Part shown: piece after piece, positions 51,573-64,000 of the stretch
How positions within the stretch are numbered: the first letter of the stretch is position 1
Layout: each line of letters starts with the position of its first letter
NCBI GenBank assembly: GCA_002633005.1
Contig: NMRA01000997.1
Location: 1 to 64,000 of the forward strand
Direction of reading: 5' to 3'
Length of the DNA: 64,000 bases
Origin: Phoronis australis
Lineage: Eukaryota > Animalia > Phoronida
Notes under the pieces: generated by a model
What the model was told of the DNA's origin: nothing
Database searches by the model: none
The model's input: only the letters and a program-made list of their open reading frames with translations
Position numbers and translations under genes: made by a program

Positions 51573-54500
51573 CATATAAACCCCTCGAAAAAATGTCCTC
51601 TTCAGAAAATTTGTATTTTCTTCAAATTACCATCAATACGCATAAATTATACATCATTTCTGCACTGAATGTTGGGAAATGTTTTATTGTTCGTGAACAT
51701 AGACAGCATTGTACAGCTCGAAAGAAAATATTCAAAAACTTCAACTACGTTTTGTTTACAACGACGACGTTAGCACGCACGAACAACTACTCTCGCTAGC
51801 TAACAAACCATCCCTTCATCTACATAGGCTTCGACTTATTGCAATAGAAATATTTAAAATCCTTTATGGCGAATCACACAAGACACTTTTTTCATTTTTA
51901 AAGAAGCGAGAAAACAATTACTCCTTTCGCCACAGCAACCTTCTATATATTCCTCAAGTTAAATCTGTCAAATATGGTAAAAAACCTTTTCGCTTCGAGG
52001 CTGCTCGGGTCTGGAACAGTCTACCGAATATGTTGTGCACAACAGAGTCTTTAACTATTTTCCGTGGACTGCTTCGGACTTGGACTGGCCCTGAATGCTG
52101 CTGTTCTCTTTGTAAACACTCCAGCTTGTGCTGTAATTAGTGTATACCATCGTGTATACCACAATATTAGCGTCAAATGGCAGATACAACCGTGGCTTTT
52201 GGAGAATTATCACCCTCGGGGCTAACGCTTCTCGGGCGATAATTCTCCAAACTCCACTCGGGCTCAAGATAACGGGGGATAACGACTTCGCCATGTTATA
52301 ATCTATATTTCTTTTATGATTTATCTATATTATAGCATTTGCACGTGTACCTATTATCTTTTATGCTTATTAGACCCTAGTCTATAATTTAGCGATTACG
52401 ACAATTTAACTTTTATTTACAATTATATTTCTATGTTATTCTCCACCTTTAGGTTAAGTTCCATTTTCTTCATGTTTCTGTTAATTTAATGTCGTAGAAA
52501 TAGCCCAACTAGCTAATGTTAATCTGTTCTCCGAACGACGTTAAATAAAGATTCTTGAGTCTTGGGCGCATGAGTCAATTTCAAAAATCACAAATGGTAC
52601 ACTGTGCAGTAAACACTCGTAGAGTTGAGTATGACAGTAAGACTTGTTCACACTGAGCGATTTCTTTGCGAGTGCAAAACTTTGACAAGAGAGAATTAAT
52701 AAGACCTTTATTTGCAACAGATCTGATCACAGGCTGAGTGCTTTAGTGCCCTGTATATCCACCCAGTTGTGCATTGATACATGCGATATATCAATTACGC
52801 ATAGATGAATCAGACGATCCATGTTGTTCTGACCAGTGGCATTCCATTCCCGAATTAGGATGTGTCTCAACTCTGCCAGAGTGGCGTTGTCCTGGATCTG
52901 TTACCGGTCATCCCGCGCTTTCAGGTCCCACAACAACTCATTGGGATTAAGGTCCGGTGAGAAGGAAGACCATTCTCTGCGCTTGATGGCATTTTGTTGC
53001 AAAACACAACCACAATTCGGGCTCTGTGAGGGTGGGCATTGTCATCTGGGAGCAGGAAACCATTGCCTACTTGCAGGGCAGAGGTAAAACGTGCGGCTGC
53101 AGTAACTCCGCGACGTACCAAGGACTGTTGAGGGTCCTAGCTATAGGGGCAATCTGAGTCCGTCCAGTTAAACGTATGCCACCCCTCACTTCCACCTCTA
53201 AACGGTCTGACTGGCTGGACGCAGTTGTCGGCAAATCGCCCACCTCTCTTTCTCCATACCCTCAAACTACCACAATCAACACTTCCGCTCAAACATAATC
53301 TCGACTCATCTGTAAAGAACACATTTCTCCACTGTTGACGTGCCCAATTCCTGTGTTACCTGACACATTGCAACCTGGCTGCTCTGTGTGATGCTGTCCG
53401 GACGTCCAGCAGGGCGTCAGGCTCTGAAATCTGCCTGATGGAGTCAATTCCGTCTTTTCTCTGGTCCGGCAGCCCTTTCGATATCAAGTTGCATTCTACG
53501 TACAGTAAAGAGACTCCTCTTTGCAGCAACAGTTTCGATGTATTAATTCTGACGACAAGTTGAGATACGCGGTCGACCACTTTGGTTTCTGTCGTCGAAA
53601 TCTCCCGTCTGTCGATATCTGGCTACCATCCTGGACACTGACTTTCCGTGTACACGAAAATGTTTGGCAACAGCAGCTTGGTTCCACACTGATTCCATCA
53701 AACCAATGCCACGTGCTCTTTCCAAGATTGTCGGCTTTGCCACTACAGAGCTGTCAAGCAATTAGAGACCTGAGGCAAAAGAACACCTAAGGCTGAAACA
53801 ACAGTGTACTCAGCCAATAGTGTTCAGTTCCCAACAGCATGACAGCAAAGAATAGTCCCCTCATTGATCAAGACGAGAATTAAGGTTATTTCAAACCTTA
53901 TTTAGTGGCCTCCATTCTAACTCGTATATCAAAAAAACTAAGCTTTGTCAACTAGTAAAAGTATATATTTTCTGAAAGAACAAAGACCAGGAAATATAAA
54001 CATACTTTTTGTATTTATTTGTCATCATTATTTTTACGTAAAAACCTTTTTAAGTAAAAATTTCATTTTTAAGAAAGGTACATTCACAGCAAAATAACCC
54101 CTGGGTCGATTTTAACGAAACCTTTTTTAAATGAAAACTTCATCAATTACCTCAAAAACGCTGTTAGGAATTTTCGACTAGTTTGTTCGTTTGGTTTCTA
54201 TGACAAATAAACTCGCAAAACGTAAGGTATTTTTGTAAAAAATGAAATCGTGTTCGTCTTTGTCACACTACACAAAAACTAAGATTTTATATCAAAAATT
54301 CTAATAACGTTTTTGAGATTGGTGACTAAATACTAAATTTGGAAAGTTTCAGCGAAATCCATCGAGCCATTTTCGAGAACTCGTGTTCCTAAGTTCAAAT
54401 AAAGTCGATTTGCCGAAGCCGAGAAAAAGCCGATTTAACTGGGACACGTGAAAATCTCTAAGTCTTTGGTTAATTATTCTGTGAAAACTTGTTTTTGGTA

Positions 54501-55558
54501 TACATAACCTATAGAATCCTTAACTATGTCACCTATTTCAATGTTTCTTGCAATGTCAACTAATTTTGCAGTGCGTAACTAACTTAAATATCATTAAAAC
54601 CTCAAATAGACCTATCTTTCGCAGCCAACTTCTGCCGTTTTGTACGACCTACTTAGAAAAGTAGGTCACAGTTCATAGCCTGTACACGTCACGTGCTGGG
54701 AGACTGATACCAAACCAAGTAAGAAATGGATAACAAAAATTGAATTGGTGGTTCAAGTAAGTCGTTAACATGAAATCGAAACATCGAAATGTTAACTTAA
54801 TAATTGAATTAAGGAATAAGGGGGAGGATTTATCTCTTTTCACAACTTTCTGTGTTCATGACCAGACTGAAGCCTGAGGCAACTCGTAGCATTCGTTTTC
54901 AACGTCAACGGTCGTATGCATGTAGACGCACAACTCCCTTATAGCTGTTAGGATCAAAACTACGTTTTGTCTTCGTTTTCCCCGGCACCATTCTGTCATA
55001 ACCACACCTCGTTGGTTCAATGTTATGGCGAATTTGTGAATGAAAGGATTGAGGGTATACCGAAGCTGCTCTGTACCTGGCGGGAGACTCGTTTTACTTG
55101 AAAGCCCTTTTACCTTTGACCTTGGATAAGTGGTAAACAAATATCCACGCGGTTGTGCGGTTCCAAGGTGGTTCTGCTAATTTTTTTTCTCGCTGCGCAG
55201 TATATATTTCGTATTTGAAGTTCCCCGAGAATGAAGCTAAGGTATTTTGCTAGACACAAGTGAAACATTGTAAAAATGGCCAATTTTTGTGAATAAGGTT
55301 GGAAATATCCTTAAGACACCAGCCAGTACGAGCTTAGGAAAAGAGTGAGTGCAATTTTGTGACTTTTGAAATTGACCTCTGTACCGTTTCTGGACACCCT
55401 GTACAACGCAGTGTGCATGAACGATAAAATATTTCCCAGTATTCGTTGTAGAAATAGATAAGCTTTCAAATGAGTATAATTTATCCGCATTGATGGTAAT
55501 TTTAAGAAAATACCACACATTTTTGAAGGGGACAGGACTTTTTGAGGGGTTTATATAT
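51573..55558 (-). mobile_element. Decayed Tc1/mariner element (transposase relic ~52790-53761) with long inverted ends and nested insertions
   Basis: HTH QAAVAKHFRVHGKSVSRMVARYRQTG..SGRPR; VFFTDESR; DDNAHPHRAR; DLNPNELLWD. 51573-51714 plus 52572-52605 are inverted relative to about 55345-55558, which includes tacagggtgtcc on the minus strand. Confidence 0.7.
51715..52564 (+). mobile_element. 5'-truncated CR1/L2-group LINE (ORF2 C-terminus and 3' UTR)
   Basis: ENIQKLQLRFVYND...HRLRLIAIEIFK...YSFR...YGKKPFRFEAARVWNSLP...WTGPECCCSLC; ends aataaagattcttgagtcttg. Confidence 0.85.
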
Positions 55559-56869
55559 GGCTAATAAAACAATACTAATATCTTACTCAAATTGCCCAAG
55601 AGCATGCGCACAGGTTTGTTCACGTTGGTCGCACAAGCACTGACAAAGAATACACCATGGAAATCGACGATATTTCATGAGTTGGGTTAACAAATAATTT
55701 CGCATAGCACGTTTCAAATCGAGATTGAAAGCTTTTCAAAATTTAGGCAGGAAATAAGTTGTGAACATTCATCAACAGGGGTCTCTGTTTCTGAAAATGA
55801 CAACAATTTGGTCTTACTCTTTCACTTCACCATTGCAGAAAAACGATTAGTCAGGTAATTATGACTGTACGACAGTATAATAATTCATAAAGATTATCCA
55901 AGTAAATAGTAGTTATATGCATATATTCTCAGAGACTTTGCTCGTTTTGTTCAACTGAAATTTATCGTAATCTATTTTGCCCGGGGTATGCCACGAGCAA
56001 TGTTAAAAAGTATAACAAGAGAAGAGTTGTCACATTATGACATACATAAGTAAAATATAAGACCCTGAAAGATGGGCGCGGAAAAAGCACCACCGGCGTG
56101 TACATAAAAGTGTTCTTACATAGGAATAGAAAAGCTAAAGAAATTAAGAAAAGCTTGAAGATCCCAACAGAAAATGTATAATAACAAAAAAGAAACTCGC
56201 CCTTGGGATGTAAGGTGGGAAAATTACTGAGAAAAGGCCTACCAAGTTTGCTTAGATGATATTTATTTTCAGGAATACTGGAACGGAAGGCCAAATTGTG
56301 GACTTGGGACTTTTAAAAATGTCACTTTTCATGAAACAGGCTCTGGTGTTGTGAAACCGTTTCTAAGGTGATTAAGTGTTTTATACAAGGACTATCCTGC
56401 CTGAGACAAAAGAGTGGTGTCTACTTAAGATGTTTATTACTATTAGCAAACAATGTTGTATAACATGGCTCAATTCATAAGAACTAATAAAGAAATGCCA
56501 TCGACTTATGAGCAACACGAGTGTGGAATGTCAATGTGGAACATGCGATTCAGTCGGGAGAAACATTTTGTTCAACATAATTCAAGAAATCGTGTTTCGA
56601 CCAAATACAAAAGCAGCGTTACGATGAAGAACTCGCCACCTTGTAAGTGTATTTGCAAATTTAAAAAGTTAAGAACAAACTGCGTTCACTTTAGGGCGAG
56701 TGTTGCCACTCCCTCGACCCCGGACCTGATCGAGTGCTAGGATGTGTAAACTAGGCTTATATGTTGTGTTTAGAGCGTGCTCATTCCATCATGGCAATAT
56801 AGTGAATACGAGTGGCCCAGGTTTACTGTGGCGTACATGCATGCCAGTGATTATTAAGTGTCTATTTTC

Positions 56870-57310
56870 TGCAGCCCTTGGTTCAGTTGATTGTGGCTCA
56901 CATATGTCTGTACTAGCATATCTCGTGCAAGTGGGCTCAATTCATACCGCCTCAAAGACGCAAATTTCGCTAAATGGGAAATCGAATTCATTGTCTGATT
57001 CTTCATGTACTTGAGTGTGATGCCCGTATCCACTCTGCTCTCTGTCTGCATAATAATTGTTCAATCCTCGCTCAAAGTCGTCCTCTTCTTCTGATCTGCT
57101 GTGTTTCATCATTGTTTGTCAAATGACCAAACGTCTTCCACCCCATTACATCATTTGGCGGGAAACTTGGAAATAACTAATTTTTCTTCAAAATTAAAAA
57201 ATCACGACTATATGGCATAAAAAGTGCTTATTTAGTTAGATTCTATTGTATTGATTTCATGTTAACTAACTGAATCCTCAAAAGCTTAGAAAATTCATGG
57301 TGGAAACTCT
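56870..57310 (-). mobile_element. Right end of a Kolobok-type element with acidic second-gene start
   Basis: MMKHSRSEEEDDFERGLNNY...HEESDNEF...IEP parallels the 38764 ORF; ends ggcgggaaa...aaattcatggtggaaactct|TTAA, like 38815-38971. Confidence 0.55.
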
Positions 57311-59944
57311 TTAAGAGCGGTATCGAATTTTCTTTCACCAATGATAGCTAATGTTGCCACAATGACACTTAAGTAACCATTATCATTATGCAGGATGCAT
57401 GATATAACGTATTCAGTGAGCAATTAAGATATACTAATTTAACACTGTTTCTTCCTTTTCCGTTTGTATAACCAATCTCGGATATTATCTGTGTCATGTG
57501 TCTGTATTAAGAGATAGGCAAAAAAAGTTTAGCGATGACAAAACATTAGAAAAATACAGCAATGCTTAGTTGATATTATGCTTAATAGACGACAACTGAC
57601 AAAACGGACAGCAGCGGCGCACAACGACATCCCTTTATTAATCTCGACCGAACGTTCACAAGCCTACGCGAACAAAACGTCCGGCGTAATGTCTGTTCTA
57701 TGCTCCAGCCAGTGCTGCGAAGCCTCGGCTTGTGATGAACTTCTGAGACACGTTCGGCAACTCAACTGTAATTCTCTCAACTGGTTTACTGCTTTTCTTC
57801 TGATTAACTTCTGGTTAACTAACCAATACAAACCCGTGTCTGGGTATTTATAGACTAATGTATTGTTCTAGAACTTTTCACCAGTTCAAACACGTTCTAG
57901 AACCTTCCGGAATCTACTAGTACCCAATCATATTCAACAATCATGTACTAGTCTCTAGAATATTCCAGACTGCATTAATCACTGTCATGCTAGAGTCTTA
58001 TAGAAAGTTCCACACTATACTGTAGTAAACAAATTACATCATCACTACTGAACTCAGTCTACTAGAAAGTTCCATACTATTCTGTAGTAGACAAATTACA
58101 TCATCACTGTACTTAACTCAGGGGTCATGTCAATCAAACAGAACAACAAAACAAAACAAAACAAAACAATACAACTAACATTTGTCAGTCTATATTCTGA
58201 CTGCATGGGAGAAGCGCAAAACAGTTAAAAACCAAGGGGTGTGCCACATGGGTGTTGAGCCCTCCCATCGTCACACGTAGATTTTGGTTGTTGGATCCTC
58301 GTGACGTTGACATTATTACCTGCTTAGGTGGTGATAAGTTTTGGCCCTCGTTTTGGGCATGCAATCCCAAGGACACGTTGTAATGACCGGTGTCCATGCC
58401 CCGGTGGTTATGTCAGTACCATCCTGGCTACTTTCCAACTTTTCCTTACATGTTGCTTCCAGCTCACTGCTGGTTTCATCTACACCCAACAATGTCGCAT
58501 GTGTTCCCTATTCAATGCATCACGCTACTGGCAATTCAGACAATTGTTTTGTGCAGTAGATGTTACATAAATGAGAGCAAGGCAATCCATCAGTACCACA
58601 ATATTGTAATCCACTCTGATGCACCCTCATACATAGTCTTAGACCATTCTATTATTTCATAGTGACATGCCAGTACAGGGTTACCTCCACACTCTCCCAC
58701 TATCGTCACTAATAATTACAAGTCAGTTGCTAATCTGTAGAATAGCTCATAATTTATATAACGTATTAAAATTGACTTTATCATCCCCCATCAGTAGTCA
58801 AAGTTGCAAAATGTCATGACAAAATAAGTAAGGGTTACTGAACAGTGATCAAAATATTCACTATCCACACAACGTAATAGCAAATTGAACTAAAAAGACT
58901 TGGATGACAAGACCATCGTTCCTTTTATCAATAACAGTAAATTTTTCAGGTAGGTTACCGCCTGATCACGAGATCATATCTGTTACCTAGCAACAAGTGG
59001 GGCTTATATTAATCACAATCTCCAAAAACGTACAAAATAAGCAACACATATACCATGATAACAAGGTCTGACAAATCTTCTTACTCCCTATTAATTTATG
59101 AGTAAACAACAACTCTTTTCGAATAAGCAATGCATTATAACAAAGCTGAATAAAATTTACACACAGAGGTGTTTGTCATCTTGAAGCAAACTGATGCTGA
59201 ATCCTTAGCTCAGCAAAGGTGGGAAAGACAAACATGACCTCTGCAAATAACACTGTTTTGGGTTCAGTGTAGAGAATACAAGAGCAGACCGAATGTATTT
59301 CATTCTCTAAGCATGCGACAGTACAAAAATCCCTCAAACGCTCCTCAATTCGAGTAAAAACACCAAAACGTCCAGTTTACACTTTCAGCGGCAAGACTCC
59401 ACATCTAAATTGAGAACATACTGACTTTTTTCTCTAGAAATGTTAATTTCTAAATAAAATTCTGTTTGATAGTTTATTTGGTTTGATAAAAAATTCAGTT
59501 TCTCTTTGGCTCCAAATCATGATTACACATCGACACTACTACTCAAATAAAAGTTTCAAGGGATCATATTTTCACCACATTCTGCATTTGGCATGACATT
59601 GGCTTTTCCTTAAAAATCAGGAAGTACTAGGTCAGGGACAAGTCCTTGAGACAGTTGCTTAGGAGACCCTGAGCAAGGAAAGCCCGGCCTAGAATATCTC
59701 GAGTAAAGGAACCAGTAGAAATGATAAGTTACAAGCCAGGTTATCAAACTCTTTGAAAAAAGAAATGTCAGGTGATAATTTTAAAAGGGTTATTTGACAC
59801 TGCTTTTGATGGCCGAAATTACAAGGTGTCATCATTTTTGCATCTGGAAATACTCTCATGTATGTGGAGACAATTCAGACCAGAAAACAGCAAAATACAC
59901 GCTCGTGTGGGATTACGAAATAAATGCATGGTGCCAGAATGGAC

Positions 59945-60004
59945 AGAGAGAGGGGGGGGGGAGGGAGGGAGGGAGGGAGGGAGGGAAGGAGGGAGGGAGA
60001 GAGA
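59945..60004. repeat. Polypurine (GGGA)n/(GA)n microsatellite
   Basis: Read directly from the sequence. Confidence 0.9.
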
Positions 60005-61653
60005 TAGATCTGGTTGTGCCGTATATGCTAGGCCATGCGTAATAGATACAGTTTTTTAAAATAGTGTTGTATGAAACAAAATTCCACATTAATTTACAAT
60101 GTAGGAACTCGAAAGAAATATTGTTTGTGATGCATCCGTTCCTGCTTTGAGAACTTGTGTAAAAGAACTTATGAAACGGGTGTGACATCCTCTGATCTTT
60201 ACTGATGCAACTGTTACAGACTATACACTTTTTTGATGCTTACGACCAATAATCGTGCTGTCACCCAGTGCTAATGCATCGGTTTGCGACAATCTTCAAA
60301 GTTAAAGGCAGGATTCAACTAAAATTTCATACTCCCCTGTTACAGATTGGACATTATCAAGTCCTTGGTGGGTGTCGCGTAATTCGCTGAAAACGTAGGT
60401 CACGCTTGCACGATTTGAAGATTTTGAAATGTCGAGTTTTCGAACTTTCCTCCAAACTTTTGATGATTGTGGAGGCTTACAGAGCGTTGTTTTTTTTTCA
60501 GAGAACTGGGTGGTAAACTCGTTTAATATCAGTCAATAGGGATAAACAGGGTTTGGTGGCCTTTTAATCTAACGGAATCTGAGAGACCTCAGTTGTGGGT
60601 GACCCATCGGCAGGAAACGATATCTATGTCGGCACAAGGAGTTGCACACAGTGGTGCAGTTGCTAGCTGTTGCCGCGAGGACATTGCATGTTTCGTGTAA
60701 CGGAGGTCAAGTATGAAGCAGGCAATTTGCCATGTTGGTACACTGTCGTCGCTAGTTGGCGCTACGTCGTTCGTCCATTGTGCAAACAGATACACCAGGC
60801 CGCAGGAGTTCTATTCTTTTTACTCGAAATTGAACTCAAAATTATGTTTGGCATTTTCTACTTTTCTTTTTCTGCGAACTCAAGATAAGCGTGTATTATT
60901 CTATGATCGAATACATCATGACATACGTGGACAATGTTTGTCCCACTTTGCAGTTGATAAACCCAACATCAGGCTAAAAGTACGAGTTTGAATTCCAAAT
61001 CTTCGAATTTTCACTCGAGTTTGTATCACGAATGTAAGGGTCATCAAGTGCAAACTTGGACTAGAAACTCATATGCATCAATTATAATGTATTCGAACAC
61101 AGTCTAATAACCACTTATGTTGAGTTCGCTCTAAAGTAGCAGAGAAATTCCCAAAAATGATTTCGAGTTCGTTTCTAGTACAAAGATTAGATTCTGGGCC
61201 CAGATCTCTCATCAGAATAAAGACGTAAAAAAGAAACTGACGAAAGTGGAAAAACTTTCGTTAAGAGAATCAAACTTATGCTATAAGAACTGTGATCATG
61301 AGAAAAAATGAATGTCTGAGATTTTGGAAAAAAACGTATGACTGTTGATTCCCAAAGAAATATGTGTTTTGACTAGGTCTGAAATGTTGACACTTTTATA
61401 GCATAAAGTATTAACGTTTGTGAATTAGTATCGCCGGGTATGTAAATCAGGGTATTGAATGAGCAGTCAATTGCAACTCACATATCACATGAGAATGAAA
61501 TCCTAATTATCATCAAGATATAACACAAATCCGAAATCGTACAAGATGCCACAATCAGTCATGAAGATGTTAAATCTCATGAGTCAATAATGGCAAGGGT
61601 AATAACAATTTTTCAAATAATCAAATTCAATAACGATAAAAATTCCATAATAT

Positions 61654-61865
61654 CAGGAAGAGATAACCAGGAAGGGACAACTAGCTAAACCGCCGTTTTT
61701 GGCCTCCTTCCCCGGACTAATTTTAGGACTTAAGTTTCGTTTAAAAGGAAACAGATGATTTCATCAGAGAGATTAAAGCTTTTTCTATAGAAGGATGTCA
61801 AAAAACTCAGTTTGCAACCTTAAACAGTGGTGTAATTGTACTTTGAAAATATCGACTTCAGCGCA
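61654..61865. mobile_element. Left end of the CAGG-terminated DNA transposon whose right end is at 6460-6533
   Basis: ataatat|caggaagagataaccaggaagggacaact; empty site ccc-ataaaat-gg at 62741-62752. Confidence 0.75.
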
Positions 61866-61916
61866 NGTCCATTGTGCAAACAGATACACCAGGCCGCAGG
61901 AGTTCTATTCTTTTTA

Positions 61917-62270
61917 CTCGAAATTGAACTCAAAATTATGTTTGGCATTTTCTACTTTTCTTTTTGTGCGAACTCAAGATGAGCGTCTATTATTATATGA
62001 TCGAATACATCATGACATACGTGGACAATTTTTGTCCCAGTTTGCAGTTGATAAACCCAACATCAGGCTAAAAGTACGAGTTTGAATTCGTAATTTGGAG
62101 TTTTCACTCGAGTTTGTATCACGAATGTAAGGGTCATCAAGTGCAAACTTGGACTAGAAACTCATATGCGTAAACTATAATGTATTCGAGCAGTCTAATA
62201 ACCGCTTATCTTGAGTTCACTCTAAAGTAGCAGAGAAATTCCCAAAAATTATTTCGAATTCGTTTCGAGT
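61917..62270. repeat. Old foldback element (diverged palindrome); second copy at about 60823-61180
   Basis: Arms gaactcaagatgagcg / cgcttatcttgagttc, cgaatacat / atgtattcg, gtttgcagttgat / atcaagtgcaaac. Confidence 0.65.
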
Positions 62271-62299
62271 ACAAAGATTAGAGACCGGGCCCTGATCTC

Positions 62300-64000
62300 A
62301 CATCAGAATAAAGACGTAAAAAAGAAACTGACGAAAGTGGAAAAACTTTCGTTAAAAGAATCAAACTTATGCTATAAGAACTGTGATCATGAAAAAAAAT
62401 GAATGTCTGAGATTTTGGAAAAAAAACGTATAACTGTTGATTCCCAAAGAAATATGTGTTTTGACTAGGTCTGAAATGTTGACACTTTTATAGTTTATAG
62501 CATAAACGTTTGTGAATTAGTATAGCCGGGTATGTAAATCAGGGTATTGAATGAGCAGTCAATTGCAACTCACATATCACATGAGAATGAAATCGTAATT
62601 ATCGTCAAGATATAACCAAATATCCGAAATCGTACAGAATGCCACAAACAGTCATGAAGATGTTAAATCTCATGAGTCAATAATGCCACGGGTAATGACA
62701 ATAATTTTTCAAATAATCAAATGCAATAACAATAAAAATGCCCATAAAATGGACTACTTTAAAAAAGACATTAAATCAGGGTTTGAACAAGTAGTCCATT
62801 GCTAACTCACATACCATATGATTACAAAAATGGCTAAGTTCGTATGCGTAGATTCCAGAAACACTGATTGAGATAATTAATCTCGTGAAACAAAGGTTTT
62901 TAAAATAATCATACGCGCCAACCATAAAACTACCCGTAAAACAGCCTGCAAAAAAGCCTCCGAGGCACGCCTTTTGAAATTGACTGAACTTTTGACTGTT
63001 CAACCAAAAAAATAAACTGTCTCTTTGTTTTTCTTGGTAATAAAAGATTCCACAGAACACCCCAAAATACCGAGGCTCTTTTGTTTTGGTGGCCCACATG
63101 TTGTCAAGATGTCGGACAAACTTGTTAAAAGCATTTTCCAACGATAGCATTAGAATATCTATTATACCTTCTACTTATTGATTGCAGGTATAGAATCTCT
63201 GCAGTAAAAACGGGATTACCAATTTGAAATTTGTGCAGAATGTAGTTGACGAAAGGGACTACTGTACAGAAATATCTAGAGCACCAATTTGCTTTCTTGA
63301 ACGAAAAATACATTTTCAGGTCGATCCCAGACGCCCTGTGGTTGCACGCTCATGAATTCATTTTGCCGCGACTTGTTGGTGTACATCATAAGTGTGTTAC
63401 TATGGATATTGCAACTTCTAGCTTGTGTCCTGATTGCTCTACAATAATTCCCTCTTTGACCATTTCATCCATAATGTCCCACGGAGTACTGCTGTTCAGA
63501 GAATAAACATTTTAAACAAACTGATTACGAGGCTAGGTAACCTGAACTCCCCTTCTTTAATGTCAAAGACATCCCCATCGCGAACAAAACTCAGGTGTGG
63601 TAAGTATCTCTTCACCATGTCCATCATGTCATTTTGCTCCTGCATGTTTCGTCAAATTTCGTCAAATTTCGTCAAATTTCGTCTGTGGGAGCTCTGATTA
63701 ACTCTATTACTTTCCTCGTTGGTCTATTAGGACGACCAAGCAGTGGGTGGCAGGCATATGTCGCTGCGCTGACGAACTGGAAACCGCGGGAAGACACTAT
63801 GTGTTCGAACCAGTTTCCTCTAGGTTTGTCGTTGTCGTTCAGTAATTTAATTTGTATCGGTTTCAAAACAGTTTTTATTAAATTCAAAACAAAATTCCTA
63901 AAATATTCAATGTTGCTTTCATCTTCAACCAGAATGCACCACTCAATGTCGGAATACGTTGTCGTTTCACTTCAAGCCACAGAACCTAACCCTAAAACTG
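62300..64000 (-). pseudogene. DUF294-like nucleotidyltransferase pseudogene, copy 2 (5' part runs off the window)
   Basis: 62751-64000 is collinear with 6541-8412 (LGLGSVA*SETTTYSDIEWCILV, NWFEHIV..RGF, STPWDIMDEMVKEGII), with private indels. The hydrophobic C-terminal region continues to about 62300 (boundary approximate). Confidence 0.8.

Larger units (their letters stand above)
60773..62750. repeat. ~880-bp duplication (60773-61653 versus 61867-62750) across the single N at 61866
   Basis: Collinear and highly similar; the first copy ends at a transposon insertion that the second lacks. Confidence 0.9.

Noticed and set aside
57490-58275. Possible solo LTR (ttctagaa-rich, internal repeat, ends tcaca)
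   Set aside because: No matching TSD or clear second boundary.
58330-58680. SWIM-like GLPCSHLC on -
   Set aside because: Too decayed to assign.

Overview
AT-rich, repeat-dense draft-assembly DNA from an animal, probably a marine invertebrate. Evidence: GT-AG introns, a TRIM-NHL gene, and THAP/Kolobok, Sola, MULE, Tc1 and LINE relics; N gaps at 16221-16441, 19663-20524, 43057-43096, 50095-50118 plus single-N joins. Only one gene looks intact: a RING/B-box/coiled-coil/NHL TRIM gene (main coding exon 33992-35782, +). An orphan coding exon lies at 48160-48654. Most of the rest is nested, decayed transposons. Most notable: (1) a cluster of intronless, pseudogenised DUF294-like (GlnD/GlnE-type Pol-beta) nucleotidyltransferase genes with TPR-like helices and a duplicated hydrophobic C-terminal module (6541-8884, 62300-64000, possibly 11340-12000); (2) one DNA-transposon insertion whose two ends and 7-bp target duplication lie 55 kb apart in reversed order (6505-6540, 61647-61682), implying a ~55-kb tandem unit or circular permutation; (3) an integrase relic ending in a histone-type 3' stem-loop, facing a possible HECT relic; (4) a KolobokP-type element (DDE transposase plus convergent His-Me nuclease); (5) a head-to-tail pair of dead MULE elements directly upstream of the TRIM gene. 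Family assignments come from motif recognition by eye; no searches were run.
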